Source of the DNA: a virus
Lineage: Duplodnaviria; Caudoviricetes
Strand: one strand, 5' to 3'
Virus record (IMG/VR): IMGVR_UViG_3300032135_000029
Location: 1-36,935 of that record
DNA: 36,935 nucleotides
The notes under the pieces are model-generated. The model was given only the letters and a program-made list of their open reading frames with translations. It was not told the origin of the DNA and did no database searches. Made by a program: the position numbers and the translations under genes. Shown piece after piece: positions 7,029 to 15,497 of the stretch (the first letter of the stretch is position 1; each line of letters starts with the position of its first letter).

Positions 7029-7731
7029 GTCCCAGTTGTGCCATTGCCTGCACGCCGATGTGATGCGTATAGACGGGCGGGATTGACAGGAACGCGCCAC
7101 GCTCGGACATCCACGACGCACCAACGAGAGCGCGCAACACGTCGAGCGATGGGGGAACATAGCCGCCCTTACGAACGTGCTTGGCTTCCCACTTGTCGCG
7201 ACGTGCCCCGCCATACGCGCCGGCCACCTGAACGTCGCTCGGATGATTGCATGACGCGGGCGGGAGGATCGTCAGGTTCGACTCGAACAGACGGTGACGC
7301 TCCATGCGTAGGGGCGTGCCGTCCGTGTCCGTGACGCTTCCAGGCGCATAGAACATCGACCAGCAGAGCATCGTCGGGTTGACCAGTTCGCTTAGTGCGC
7401 CCTCGACGTTCTCGATGACGTAGGGCTTGCCGGTTTCCTCAATGGCTGCACGAGTGACCGCAATGAGGCGGTCGTACTTGTCCAGTCGGTCAGGGATCGC
7501 CACGGTGCCACGCGAATAGCCGGTGCACGTCGGTGATGCGTGGATGAGGTCGAACTCGTGGCCGTGATTCGTCACGTACTCGATAGCATCGGCGCACGTG
7601 GATTCGAACGGGTAGAGCTTGAGGCGTGCGGGCGCATTGTCTACGCCGAACACCTCGAAGCCGGCCTGCGCATATCCCGCGCCGGCGCCACCTTCCCCGC
7701 AGAACAGGTCTAGAACTCTTGGCCCGCTCAT
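7003..7731 (-). CDS. C5-cytosine DNA methyltransferase-like protein
   Basis: Motif I VLDLFCGEGG, motif IV HASPTC, motif VI VIENV, R-x-R motif (ERHRLFE). Confidence 0.85.
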   Translation of the reverse strand: MSGPRVLDLFCGEGGAGAGYAQAGFEVFGVDNAPARLKLYPFESTCADAIEYVTNHGHEFDLIHASPTCTGYSRGTVAIPDRLDKYDRLIAVTRAAIEETGKPYVIENVEGALSELVNPTMLCWSMFYAPGSVTDTDGTPLRMERHRLFESNLTILPPASCNHPSDVQVAGAYGGARRDKWEAKHVRKGGYVPPSLDVLRALVGASWMSERGAFLSIPPVYTHHIGVQAMAQLGLTSSERVA

Positions 7732-7925
7732 GCTTGCCCCCATGACACAGGACGCGACTCTGACCTAGGGGCACGGTTACTACCCGTGCGAGTCGCGTCC
7801 TGGTGCCCACGTGTTGCGGGCACATCGTCACGGTTGAACAGGCTGGTGATGAACACGGCGGCAGTGAACAGGACGCCGAGTGTTGCGACCCCTGCGAGTG
7901 CGGCGGTGATGGTTAGAGGCTTCAT
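7728..7925 (-). CDS. Small membrane protein
   Basis: N-terminal hydrophobic helix; ATGA overlaps. Confidence 0.6.
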   Translation of the reverse strand: MKPLTITAALAGVATLGVLFTAAVFITSLFNRDDVPATRGHQDATRTGSNRAPRSESRPVSWGQA

Positions 7926-8080
7926 GACTTGCCGCCGAGAACCTGGAAGATCGCGACACAGGTCGCCGCGGCCATCCAAAGTGCGGCGCGGCGTGGTCGA
8001 CCCAGCGACATCTCGGCCATTGCGTTGTAGGTTGACCCGGCGATGATTAGTACCGCGCAAACCGTGAGGTAGACGCTCAT
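7922..8080 (-). CDS. Small membrane protein (two hydrophobic segments)
   Basis: MSVYLTVCAVLIIAG...ALWMAAATCVAIFQVLGG; ATGA overlaps. Confidence 0.6.
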   Translation of the reverse strand: MSVYLTVCAVLIIAGSTYNAMAEMSLGRPRRAALWMAAATCVAIFQVLGGKS

Positions 8081-8172
8081 GACGCCACCACAAGCCCCAC
8101 GGTCAGGCCAACAATCGCGGCGACCATGAGCCAGGGGAACGGGCGACGGGTGCGTGCGTGACGGGCGGTCAT
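8077..8172 (-). CDS. 31-aa membrane peptide
   Basis: Translated by hand: basic N-terminus then FPWLMVAAIVGLTVGLVVAS; GGAGG RBS; ATGA overlaps at both ends. Confidence 0.55.
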   Translation of the reverse strand: MTARHARTRRPFPWLMVAAIVGLTVGLVVAS

Positions 8173-8351
8173 GCCACACCTCCCGCAACGTTCCACACGA
8201 CGACGCCAAGCACGAACGCAACAGCGCCCAGTACGGCGAGGTGGTGCCAGGTCCAGCGACCATCGGGCACTGGTTCAGCGGCGATGGTCTCGTCAATCGC
8301 TCGGATTCCACCCAGAACAAAGTGGTCGTGGGGGGTGCGTGGGATGGTCAT
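8169..8351 (-). CDS. Small membrane protein
   Basis: C-terminal helix LAVLGAVAFVLGVVVW; GGAG RBS. Confidence 0.6.
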   Translation of the reverse strand: MTIPRTPHDHFVLGGIRAIDETIAAEPVPDGRWTWHHLAVLGAVAFVLGVVVWNVAGGVA

Positions 8352-8503
8352 CGCCACTCCAACCGCACGCAGCCAGCAGATCGCTTGGCTCGCCGCATCG
8401 CACGAATGGCGCGAACGATGCTTCGGCCTCCATAGACGTGCTCGTAGTCGTAGCCGCCGCGCTCCTGGGGCAACCAGGCGCTGACTTCCCATGTGAAACC
8501 CAT
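8348..8503 (-). CDS. Small hypothetical protein (51 aa, MGFTWEVSAW...)
   Basis: Translated by hand; TGATG and ATGA overlaps with its neighbours. Confidence 0.55.
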   Translation of the reverse strand: MGFTWEVSAWLPQERGGYDYEHVYGGRSIVRAIRAMRRAKRSAGCVRLEWR

Positions 8504-9042
8504 CACGCACCTGCCTCGGTGTCGAGTTCGGCAACACGGGCCTGGATCTGCCCCTTGCGCTTATCGCTGGACACGTGCCACCAGGCGGTCAACTGTCCGC
8601 GGTCGGTGGAGTTGGCAACCTCGGCCTCAGTGGGTTCGGTGAGTGTGGGGGGCGCGTCGGCTAGCGGCTGGACGGTGAACAGCTTCTTGTTGCCACGGGT
8701 CACGGTCAGCGACACCACGAGCGGGCCGTCAATGCCTGTCATCTCGGCGATTCTGATCCCACCGACAGCATCGGAACCGAACCTGATGGAAGGGTCGCAG
8801 AACAGGGTGAGTCGTTGGCCGGCATAGGCGTCGGAGTTTGCGCCCCACGCCTTGACCATGACGCGAGCCATCGACTTGCCGGGGCGGTAGGGCTTGCCGG
8901 GGTTCTCGACGAGGTGAACGTTGGCTGGCTGTTCGGCAGTGCCTTCGGTGACGCGGTCGATGGTGAACGTGCGGGGGCCAGCGAGTAGGTCGTCGGCGTT
9001 GATCTGGTCACTCTTTGGAGTGATCGCGGTCGTCATGTCCAT
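8503..9042 (-). CDS. Phage protein of unknown function next to the RecE-like gene
   Basis: PKSDQINADDL...KSMARVMVKAWG...FGSDAVGGIRI; occupies the position usually held by a recombinase or SSB. Confidence 0.8.
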   Translation of the reverse strand: MDMTTAITPKSDQINADDLLAGPRTFTIDRVTEGTAEQPANVHLVENPGKPYRPGKSMARVMVKAWGANSDAYAGQRLTLFCDPSIRFGSDAVGGIRIAEMTGIDGPLVVSLTVTRGNKKLFTVQPLADAPPTLTEPTEAEVANSTDRGQLTAWWHVSSDKRKGQIQARVAELDTEAGA

Positions 9043-9044
9043 GT

Positions 9045-9839
9045 CTAAAACTCCATTTCTTCAATGTCTTCGAGCGCATCGAGCGCCCACGGTCGTAGGT
9101 CGAGCTCGTGAATGCCGGTTGCATACGGGTCGGGCCAGTTGCTGGACGCCATGCACTCGGCGTAGATGTCCCAGGCGCGCTTGGTTGCTTCGAGTGCGAC
9201 GTGCCAGGTGAGTTCGCCGATGCGGTAGACGGCGACTGTTGGCCGTCCGTTGTTGCGCGCGGCGATGATGACGGGCGGGTCAAGACGGTCAGCGAGTAGC
9301 GCATAGTGAGCCAACTGGGTCGCGTATCCGTACTTGCCCATTGCGCGACTCATGCCATCTGAGGTCACGTCAACGCCAATCTTGAAGTCCACCAAGGGGC
9401 CAGCGTTGGGCAGTCGGTCAATGCGCCCCTTGAGTGGTGCGCCCTTGTGTTCGCCAGTGACGGTGACCTCGGAGTGACCGGGGGCCGCGAGTATCACGCC
9501 GGCGACCGAGTGCTCCTTGACTGCTGCGGCCATGTGCGCCGCCTTGTCCCAGTCCTCTTGCGTCACGACTGTCAGGCCAGCGTTGACCTGTTCGGCCTTC
9601 CATGTCTGGGCGTCCTTGGTGCGGAACGAATCGAACGGTGACACGATGGCGGTGACTGGCTGGCCCAAGACGAGCGCGTGGGTCAGTGTCCCGAGTGCCA
9701 TTGCTGACGTGCCCGCGGTCCTGTTCTCGCGTGCCCACTTGAGTTCGGCGGGCGAGTCGAGAACCTTGGCAACCTCGGTGCCGCTAAGTCCAGGGAGAGC
9801 GCGATACGTTGCGTCCGGCTGGTCGTATGTGAAGGTCAT
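9045..9839 (-). CDS. RecE/exonuclease VIII-like PD-(D/E)XK nuclease
   Basis: LSGT...AMALGTLTHALVL...KGRIDRL...VDFK...YGYATQLAHY. Confidence 0.85.
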   Translation of the reverse strand: MTFTYDQPDATYRALPGLSGTEVAKVLDSPAELKWARENRTAGTSAMALGTLTHALVLGQPVTAIVSPFDSFRTKDAQTWKAEQVNAGLTVVTQEDWDKAAHMAAAVKEHSVAGVILAAPGHSEVTVTGEHKGAPLKGRIDRLPNAGPLVDFKIGVDVTSDGMSRAMGKYGYATQLAHYALLADRLDPPVIIAARNNGRPTVAVYRIGELTWHVALEATKRAWDIYAECMASSNWPDPYATGIHELDLRPWALDALEDIEEMEF

Positions 9840-10027
9840 GCCGTCACCACCGAGCGAAGGTGGCGGGCAAGTTGACGGTGAGTGTCGCGAACCTTCTCGA
9901 TCCACTTGAGGTCGGCGTAAGAATCCTCGGCAACTGCTTCCAGGATGATGGCCTGGAAGTGATCCGCGGTGAGCTCCCATGTTTCGGCGAGCTCAAGCAG
10001 AATCGCGTTAGGCGTTGAATCAGCCAC
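9836..10027 (-). CDS. Hypothetical protein
   Basis: GTG start overlapping the upstream gene; ATGA overlap with the exonuclease gene. Confidence 0.55.
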   Translation of the reverse strand: MADSTPNAILLELAETWELTADHFQAIILEAVAEDSYADLKWIEKVRDTHRQLARHLRSVVTA

Positions 10028-10148
10028 GTCGCCCACCTGACCTGTCGCGGAAGTCCTGCGCGACGATGCGGTACATGACAAATCCGCAGAATCCGACGAA
10101 TGCCAAGATCGCGGTGATGGTGACCTCTGCGGCTGTTGCGGCGGTCAT
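10020..10148 (-). CDS. 42-aa membrane peptide
   Basis: Translated by hand: ITAILAFVGFCGFVMY hydrophobic helix; ATGA overlap. Confidence 0.5.
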   Translation of the reverse strand: MTAATAAEVTITAILAFVGFCGFVMYRIVAQDFRDRSGGRRG

Positions 10149-10372
10149 GACTGCACCGGCTTGGCGTAGGCACTGGCGAGCGACTGCATAGCCTCGGTGG
10201 TCCGGTCGATTGCGTAGATGAACTTCTGGTAGTTCGCCTCAAGGGCGACGACGAACTCGACCGCGCTGTCGGACAGGCGCGTGAGTCGAGGACAGGGAGA
10301 GGAGGCAAGGCTTGCGGGGATTATCGCCCCACACGCCTGGCACTTGACTGTCATGCGTGAGTCACTCATCAC
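10145..10372 (-). CDS. Hypothetical protein
   Basis: Coupled ORF with a CQAC motif. Confidence 0.55.
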   Translation of the reverse strand: MMSDSRMTVKCQACGAIIPASLASSPCPRLTRLSDSAVEFVVALEANYQKFIYAIDRTTEAMQSLASAYAKPVQS

Positions 10373-10710
10373 GCCACCGTCGTTTCGCCGGCGAGACGGT
10401 AGGTTGGCATGTCGCGGTTCCTATTGCGAGACTTGGCGTTCCCGGACTTGGCGGTGTGACCCTCGACAACGCGAATGATGCCGCTGTTAATGAGTCCGTT
10501 GATGACGCCACCTGGCCTGTTGGGGCTTACGGGGCGTGCAAGTCGGCAGCGGATGTCGAATGCCGAGAACTCGCCCAACTCATCGGCGGCACATTGCACA
10601 GCGTCACGAACGGTTTCGCGCTCAAGTTCAGCGAGGATGCCAGGGTCGGTGTTGCCCTGGTCAACGATGGACCAATCCTCGGTCGGTCTTGCTGGTGCGA
10701 TGGCGGTCAT
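10369..10710 (-). CDS. Hypothetical protein, possibly winged-helix
   Basis: FSAFDIR...PNRPGGVINGLINSGII pattern; GGAGG RBS. Confidence 0.65.
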   Translation of the reverse strand: MTAIAPARPTEDWSIVDQGNTDPGILAELERETVRDAVQCAADELGEFSAFDIRCRLARPVSPNRPGGVINGLINSGIIRVVEGHTAKSGNAKSRNRNRDMPTYRLAGETTVA

Positions 10711-11936
10711 GACTGGACCTCTCCGTCGTGAATGATGATCGCGCCTTCGTGTCCAGCACCAACGGTCTCGAACCAGATCTGGAAGTCCTCTGACTCTGCG
10801 AACTCTCGGATAATGGCGAAGTGCTCATCGTCTAGGAGTGCACCTTCACGGACCTGGATCATCCTGAGCGTCGGGTTGAGCGCCGCCGTGATCCTGAGCG
10901 CCGCGTAAAGTTGCTGACCAGATGACGCGTCCTTGAAGGGCACGTTGTTGAGCGTGAGCCCACCTTCATTTAGCCCAAGGCCCTCAACAGGCAACTTTGC
11001 GCCCGCTATAGCCTTCGACTTTTTGGCGTCCAGGGCGTCGATCTGCTTAGTGTGAGCCTCGTACTCCTTGACCAGTGCGGCCTTAGCCTTGGCCTTGGTG
11101 CGGGCCTCGTTGTTGGCGCGAATGGCCGCGTTCTTGGCCTCCACGTTCTCGAGGTCGGCTTCGAGGGCATCAGTGTCGGCGGGCGCCTTAAGCGTGTCCA
11201 CGTGTGCCTTCTGGGCCTTGATGTTGGCCTTGAGTCCAGTAGCACGCTCCTGGAGTTTCGCCATCTCCATCTCGATGCCTGCGTGCTCGTTCGCCAACGC
11301 TTCCAACTTCAAGCGCTGATCGGCGTTCTCGCGCTCAACCTCCTGCGCGGCGCGAATCTTTCCCAGTAGTGACGATGCCGACACCTCGTCAGCGGGGAGT
11401 GACTTGTCCACGGCGGGCACGTCGCCCAGCGCCTTGCCCTGACGGCCCAGTTCGGTGCGCTCGTCGTAGATGGCGCGGCGCTCTGACTCCAGCGCATCGA
11501 GGTCGATGCCCAGGTCAAGCAGGGCTAGCAGTTCGTTGCGCTGGCGCTTAGCGTCGGCAGATGCGAAGCGGGCAGGGTCAAGGAAGCGCGACCGCATCGC
11601 GTCGAGCACTCCCTGTGGGCTTGTAACCACAGACTTGAGGCCGTCGTCCGAGATGGCGGTGACCTTGAGCGACGTCGTGCCCTTGCTGGTGAACTTGCGC
11701 TCAACCGTCATTGTGCCGAGGTCAATGAACGCGCGGCCCGATTCCTCACCGTTGCGCAGCGGCGTCTCTATGTCCTTAGACGCATCGCCGCCACCAAGTG
11801 CAAGCCAGACGGCATCCAGGGCCGATGACTTGCCTTGACCGTTCTTGCCTGCGAGTTCGATAAAGTTGCCGTCTGGCGACAACTCGATTGCCTTGAGACC
11901 CTTGATATTCTCGGCCTCTAGTTTGATGATCTTCAT
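10707..11936 (-). CDS. SMC/Rad50/RecN-like ABC ATPase with coiled coil
   Basis: KLEAENIKG, Walker A GKNGQGKS, long coiled coil, signature ASSGQ, degenerate Walker B/D-loop IQVREGALLD. Confidence 0.85.
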   Translation of the reverse strand: MKIIKLEAENIKGLKAIELSPDGNFIELAGKNGQGKSSALDAVWLALGGGDASKDIETPLRNGEESGRAFIDLGTMTVERKFTSKGTTSLKVTAISDDGLKSVVTSPQGVLDAMRSRFLDPARFASADAKRQRNELLALLDLGIDLDALESERRAIYDERTELGRQGKALGDVPAVDKSLPADEVSASSLLGKIRAAQEVERENADQRLKLEALANEHAGIEMEMAKLQERATGLKANIKAQKAHVDTLKAPADTDALEADLENVEAKNAAIRANNEARTKAKAKAALVKEYEAHTKQIDALDAKKSKAIAGAKLPVEGLGLNEGGLTLNNVPFKDASSGQQLYAALRITAALNPTLRMIQVREGALLDDEHFAIIREFAESEDFQIWFETVGAGHEGAIIIHDGEVQS

Positions 11937-11959
11937 GATTCCCTCCAAGGAATGCGTGG

Positions 11960-12217
11960 CTAGGTGTTGAGAATGGTGAAGTCGTCGGCGGTCAATCCGC
12001 TGACGTGATGCGCGGTGCAACTGGCGTGCAAGGTGTTGTCGGATCGCAAGCCGATGAGCGCCGTCTTCAAGTGGGCAAGGTGAGCGCCGCACAGTGGCAA
12101 GTCACAGCCGCAAGTGATGAGAACGTGGGTGACCGCGAATCCGTCAGACTCGGTGCACATGTCCTGCTCGTCGGCAATGTCCGCAAACTCGATGTCATAG
12201 AGCTGCTCGGCGGTCAT
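11960..12217 (-). CDS. Hypothetical Cys/His-rich protein
   Basis: ATGA overlap; start MTAEQLY. Confidence 0.6.
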   Translation of the reverse strand: MTAEQLYDIEFADIADEQDMCTESDGFAVTHVLITCGCDLPLCGAHLAHLKTALIGLRSDNTLHASCTAHHVSGLTADDFTILNT

Positions 12218-12888
12218 GAGTTGCCGCCTTGCGCGAGGGCGGCGATTACGATTGCCACCTCTCGATGCCCAGAGAATCCACAGCCGCCCTCGCACTCGTC
12301 GTCGGTGCAAGCGTCGGCGTGCAAGGCGTCCTCGGCGTCGAGTATTTGCTCGGGGGTGAACACCGTCTCGGCGTCCGGCTCGGGGGCGGCTGATTCTCCG
12401 TCCTCCGCGTGGCCGGTGACGACACACTTGCCGTGATGCTCATCGCTATCTACGCCAGCGAAACAGCGGGCATAGAATTGCTCGTCGTCCTCCACCTCAC
12501 TCGCGGCAACCGGGGGGTGCTCGTGGAGGACAATGGCGGGGAGCAGGTCGACCTGGTGCGACCGATATCCGAGCGCGCCTCCTACCAGGAACCATGCCGG
12601 TACGCCAGCGAGGTCGAGCCGCTTCTCGGCTATGGCACCTCGCTCCCAACGACCATCGTCGAACTCGATCACCTCGTCGTACCAGTGACGAACAACGGCA
12701 CCGATGGGCAGCGCTTCTAGTCCCTCCACGGTTGTCACGATCACCGGGGCCGGGTCGAGGCGGTAACCAGCGGCAAGAAGTGCGTCGGCCAAGTAATGCC
12801 AAGGCTCAGTGAAGTCATCCCCTAGATAGTTATCTGCTCGGGCAAGGACCTTGGCAATCGCTTCCCGCTCGCTGGTTTCGTTGCTCAT
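12214..12888 (-). CDS. Hypothetical mosaic protein
   Basis: Common phage segments ADALLAAGYR and TTVEGLEALPIGAVV; acidic Cys/His-containing C-terminus. Confidence 0.7.
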   Translation of the reverse strand: MSNETSEREAIAKVLARADNYLGDDFTEPWHYLADALLAAGYRLDPAPVIVTTVEGLEALPIGAVVRHWYDEVIEFDDGRWERGAIAEKRLDLAGVPAWFLVGGALGYRSHQVDLLPAIVLHEHPPVAASEVEDDEQFYARCFAGVDSDEHHGKCVVTGHAEDGESAAPEPDAETVFTPEQILDAEDALHADACTDDECEGGCGFSGHREVAIVIAALAQGGNS

Positions 12889-13247
12889 GACTCAGATACC
12901 TCAATCCCGTGTTTGGTGACGAGCGCAGCGATGTCTTCCGCTAGGGCGTCTGCTCTCTTGGTTGCTGCGGTCGCGGTGCGGCGGTCGTAGGCGGTGATGT
13001 CCTCTACTTCGTGCTCAGGCATAAGGAGCCAGGGGCCACGGCCGGCCCAATGGTCCTCTTCCCGTTCGTTGCCGCCGTTGCCCTGGTAGATCACGCCGGA
13101 AACGCTGACCCATGTACCGTCTTTCCAGGGGTGGAGATGCCATTTGACCTTTCGGAGCAACCCCCCTGCCTGGGCGGTGAGCATGTCGGCGTATTCACTG
13201 TTCCCCTGAACTGCGGCGCGCGACTCCGGCGCAATTTGAATACTCAT
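12885..13247 (-). CDS. Hypothetical protein
   Basis: Fits the operon with an ATGA overlap downstream. Confidence 0.6.
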   Translation of the reverse strand: MSIQIAPESRAAVQGNSEYADMLTAQAGGLLRKVKWHLHPWKDGTWVSVSGVIYQGNGGNEREEDHWAGRGPWLLMPEHEVEDITAYDRRTATAATKRADALAEDIAALVTKHGIEVSES

Positions 13248-13252
13248 GGCCG

Positions 13253-13798
13253 TTACCCCGCGAACTTTGCGTCGGCAACAACAGGGACAGCGGGCAACGC
13301 ATCGGCAGCGTCGGCCACTCGGGTGACGTCTACCGGTGCCAGCTCGGGAATCTCATCCACATAGGTGGGCACCTCGCCGCACGAGCCGATGGGTCCACAT
13401 GCAGGCTCGGGAGTCACGGACGGTTCGGCGCTCGGTTCAGGGTCAACGCAATCGGGAGCCTTGATGAACTCCCACGGCTGACCGGTCGAGTCGAACGGGT
13501 GCTCGTAATCCAGCAGGCCACCATCCTCGGCGGGTCCATTGAGCACACCGGCCACGATGAGGGAGACGGTTACTTCACTGTTGAGGTAACGGTCAACCTG
13601 CAAATAGACGCCACATGTTGCGTCGGTGGCAAGCGTCTGGGGCCAGATGGGGTCGTCCGCGTTCGTGGGCATCTGCTCGGTGCTAGCGAGTGGGGTGGCC
13701 CATTCGACCTGCTCATAGTCAGACGCCGCGAACGCCACGGTGGGGACAAGCGCGAGGACCGATGCCGCCGCGAGGATGGGGAAGGTGCGAGTTCTCAT
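13253..13798 (-). CDS. Secreted acidic protein
   Basis: Sec signal MRTRTFPILAAASVLALVPTVAFA (AxA site); Pro/Glu linker. Confidence 0.7.
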   Translation of the reverse strand: MRTRTFPILAAASVLALVPTVAFAASDYEQVEWATPLASTEQMPTNADDPIWPQTLATDATCGVYLQVDRYLNSEVTVSLIVAGVLNGPAEDGGLLDYEHPFDSTGQPWEFIKAPDCVDPEPSAEPSVTPEPACGPIGSCGEVPTYVDEIPELAPVDVTRVADAADALPAVPVVADAKFAG

Positions 13799-14325
13799 GA
13801 GGTCACGCCCCCAGATAGCGCGACAGCCAACGCACGGCGCACTCGATTGCCGGAGTCGCCCTGATGGTCAGCGCGCTCCCACTCGGCCTTGAACTTGGCT
13901 ACCTGCTCATCTGTGATGAGAGACGTGTCCGGCTGCTCCCGCGCGGACCGCCAGGCGCGGAAGGATTCGTGGACGGTGCGGAATGCTGCGGCGTGGCCTG
14001 GCATGTACAGGTGGAACTGATCCACGTACCAAGCGGCGAGACCTAGGTCGTCGTGGCGCATGAGGTCTGCGTGCAGGGCATTGCCCACCACGACCACGAA
14101 CCGCCCCTTGCGAGCCTCGGTCTCGTCCTCGTTCGTGTAGGCCCAGGTTTCGGGGGTGGTGGCTTCGGCGCGCTCGGCCTCGATGAAGGCGTGGTGCGCG
14201 AGAACGAGGGTCGTGTTTCGCGCGCCATCGACAGGCAGGGCGTCGAAGATTCGGCCATTCGTGTTTCGCCAAACCTTGATGCCCTCGAACTCGAACGGGT
14301 TTTCCTTGGTGAACCTGCTCATCAC
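13795..14325 (-). CDS. Hypothetical protein
   Basis: AAGGA RBS; overlaps both neighbours. Confidence 0.65.
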   Translation of the reverse strand: MMSRFTKENPFEFEGIKVWRNTNGRIFDALPVDGARNTTLVLAHHAFIEAERAEATTPETWAYTNEDETEARKGRFVVVVGNALHADLMRHDDLGLAAWYVDQFHLYMPGHAAAFRTVHESFRAWRSAREQPDTSLITDEQVAKFKAEWERADHQGDSGNRVRRALAVALSGGVTS

Positions 14326-14645
14326 ATTTCCTTTGCGTTGTGGCGGATGGTGTTGAAGAAGGGGTCGTCGGTGGACATGTTGCGAGTGAGGTTGTGCAGG
14401 GTGATGACTGCCCGCTGGTGTGCGGCGGAGTCAGTCAGGAACTCCACGTCGCCCGTGCGCACCCAGTAGGTGTTGCCCGTGTCCGAGTAGTCGGTGGCCT
14501 TGACTGCCGGGAAGTCGCGATCAAGTTCGCGGCGAGAAGGTTCCTGGCCGTCGCGGATCTTCCACGCCATAAGCGCCGACTCAAGTTCGTTGGAAAGGTC
14601 GTCGAGGGTGCGACGGTCGTTGCGGGAGTGTGCGTTCGGGGTCAT
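14322..14645 (-). CDS. Hypothetical protein
   Basis: ATGA overlap with xis. Confidence 0.65.
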   Translation of the reverse strand: MTPNAHSRNDRRTLDDLSNELESALMAWKIRDGQEPSRRELDRDFPAVKATDYSDTGNTYWVRTGDVEFLTDSAAHQRAVITLHNLTRNMSTDDPFFNTIRHNAKEM

Positions 14646-14842
14646 CGCTTGCCGCCCTTGCTCTCGGGCAGGGCGGCGAGGTACGCGTCGAGTTCAGCGC
14701 GTAGGAACACGGGCTTAGTGCCGTGGAATACCGGGGCGAGCCTGCCCTCTGCGACGTCATTGCGGAGCGTCTGTTCCGAGCATCCGCAGTAGTCGGCGGC
14801 GTCGCCATACGTGTATGCGCCTCTAAGCGCGATGGAGGTCAT
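14642..14842 (-). CDS. xis: Excisionase-like MerR-type HTH protein
   Basis: YTYGDAADYCGCSEQTLRNDVAEGRL...FLRAELDAYL; follows Cro. Confidence 0.8.
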   Translation of the reverse strand: MTSIALRGAYTYGDAADYCGCSEQTLRNDVAEGRLAPVFHGTKPVFLRAELDAYLAALPESKGGKR

Positions 14843-15069
14843 CTCCCGGCCTCTGCAAGCCATGCGGCGAGAACTTCCTCGGTGGTCAGTTCCAGTGCGG
14901 TTGCGATCCGGGCGATCTCTCCTAGACGGAAAGCGTCGGGATCGTTGAGGCGGCTCTGGAGAACCTTTTCGCTGAGTTCGGTGGCCGCTGCTAGCCGCCC
15001 CACCGAATGCCTTCTCCTACCGAGCTCGCCACGAATTGTGGGGGTCGGCTCCTTCTCTGTTGTAGTCAT
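14839..15069 (-). CDS. Cro-like HTH protein
   Basis: IRGELGRR...LAAATELSEKVLQSRL...FRLGEIARIATALE; divergent from the repressor. Confidence 0.8.
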   Translation of the reverse strand: MTTTEKEPTPTIRGELGRRRHSVGRLAAATELSEKVLQSRLNDPDAFRLGEIARIATALELTTEEVLAAWLAEAGR

Positions 15070-15076
15070 GACAGTG

Positions 15077-15175
15077 ACACTACAGGACTTAAAAGTAAGT
15101 TGTCAATACGAAAAGGTAAGTTTGTGCAACCTAATTATCGCAACAGGTGACGAAAAAGACGTGATCCTATACCGT
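15077..15175. promoter_or_regulatory. Divergent lysis/lysogeny promoters and operator
   Basis: - strand: TTGACA, 18 nt, TAGTGT, 7 nt before the cro ATG. + strand: GTGACG, 17 nt, TACCGT, 7 nt before the repressor ATG. Inverted repeat ACTTA-AAAG-TAAGT at 15087-15100. Confidence 0.7.
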
Positions 15176-15182
15176 AGTGACC

Positions 15183-15497
15183 ATGAATAATGATCGAAAG
15201 ACCCAGGAGAAGGCGGAGAACGCGCACTTCATGGCCGTGCTCGATGGCGCGATCCACGAGGCCGGCTTGACCTACATACAGGTAGACGCGCGCATTGGAG
15301 TATCCGAAGGCATGACCGGGCGATGGGTGCGCAACGCCCAGATCATGCGTGCCACCACCTTCGTTAAGGTCGCACTTGCAGTCGGATCTGACCCAGTGGA
15401 GTTGACGAGCCGCGCAATGAAACGACTCAAGGCCAGTGGCCTACTCGATGACGTGGAGATTCTTCCCGCTGTCGACGCCGAGCAGCCGGGCAAGTAA
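15183..15497 (+). CDS. Immunity repressor (XRE-like HTH)
   Basis: GLTYIQVDARIGVSEGMTGRWV...FVKVALAVGSDPVEL; sits between integrase and cro. Confidence 0.75.
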   Translation: MNNDRKTQEKAENAHFMAVLDGAIHEAGLTYIQVDARIGVSEGMTGRWVRNAQIMRATTFVKVALAVGSDPVELTSRAMKRLKASGLLDDVEILPAVDAEQPGK

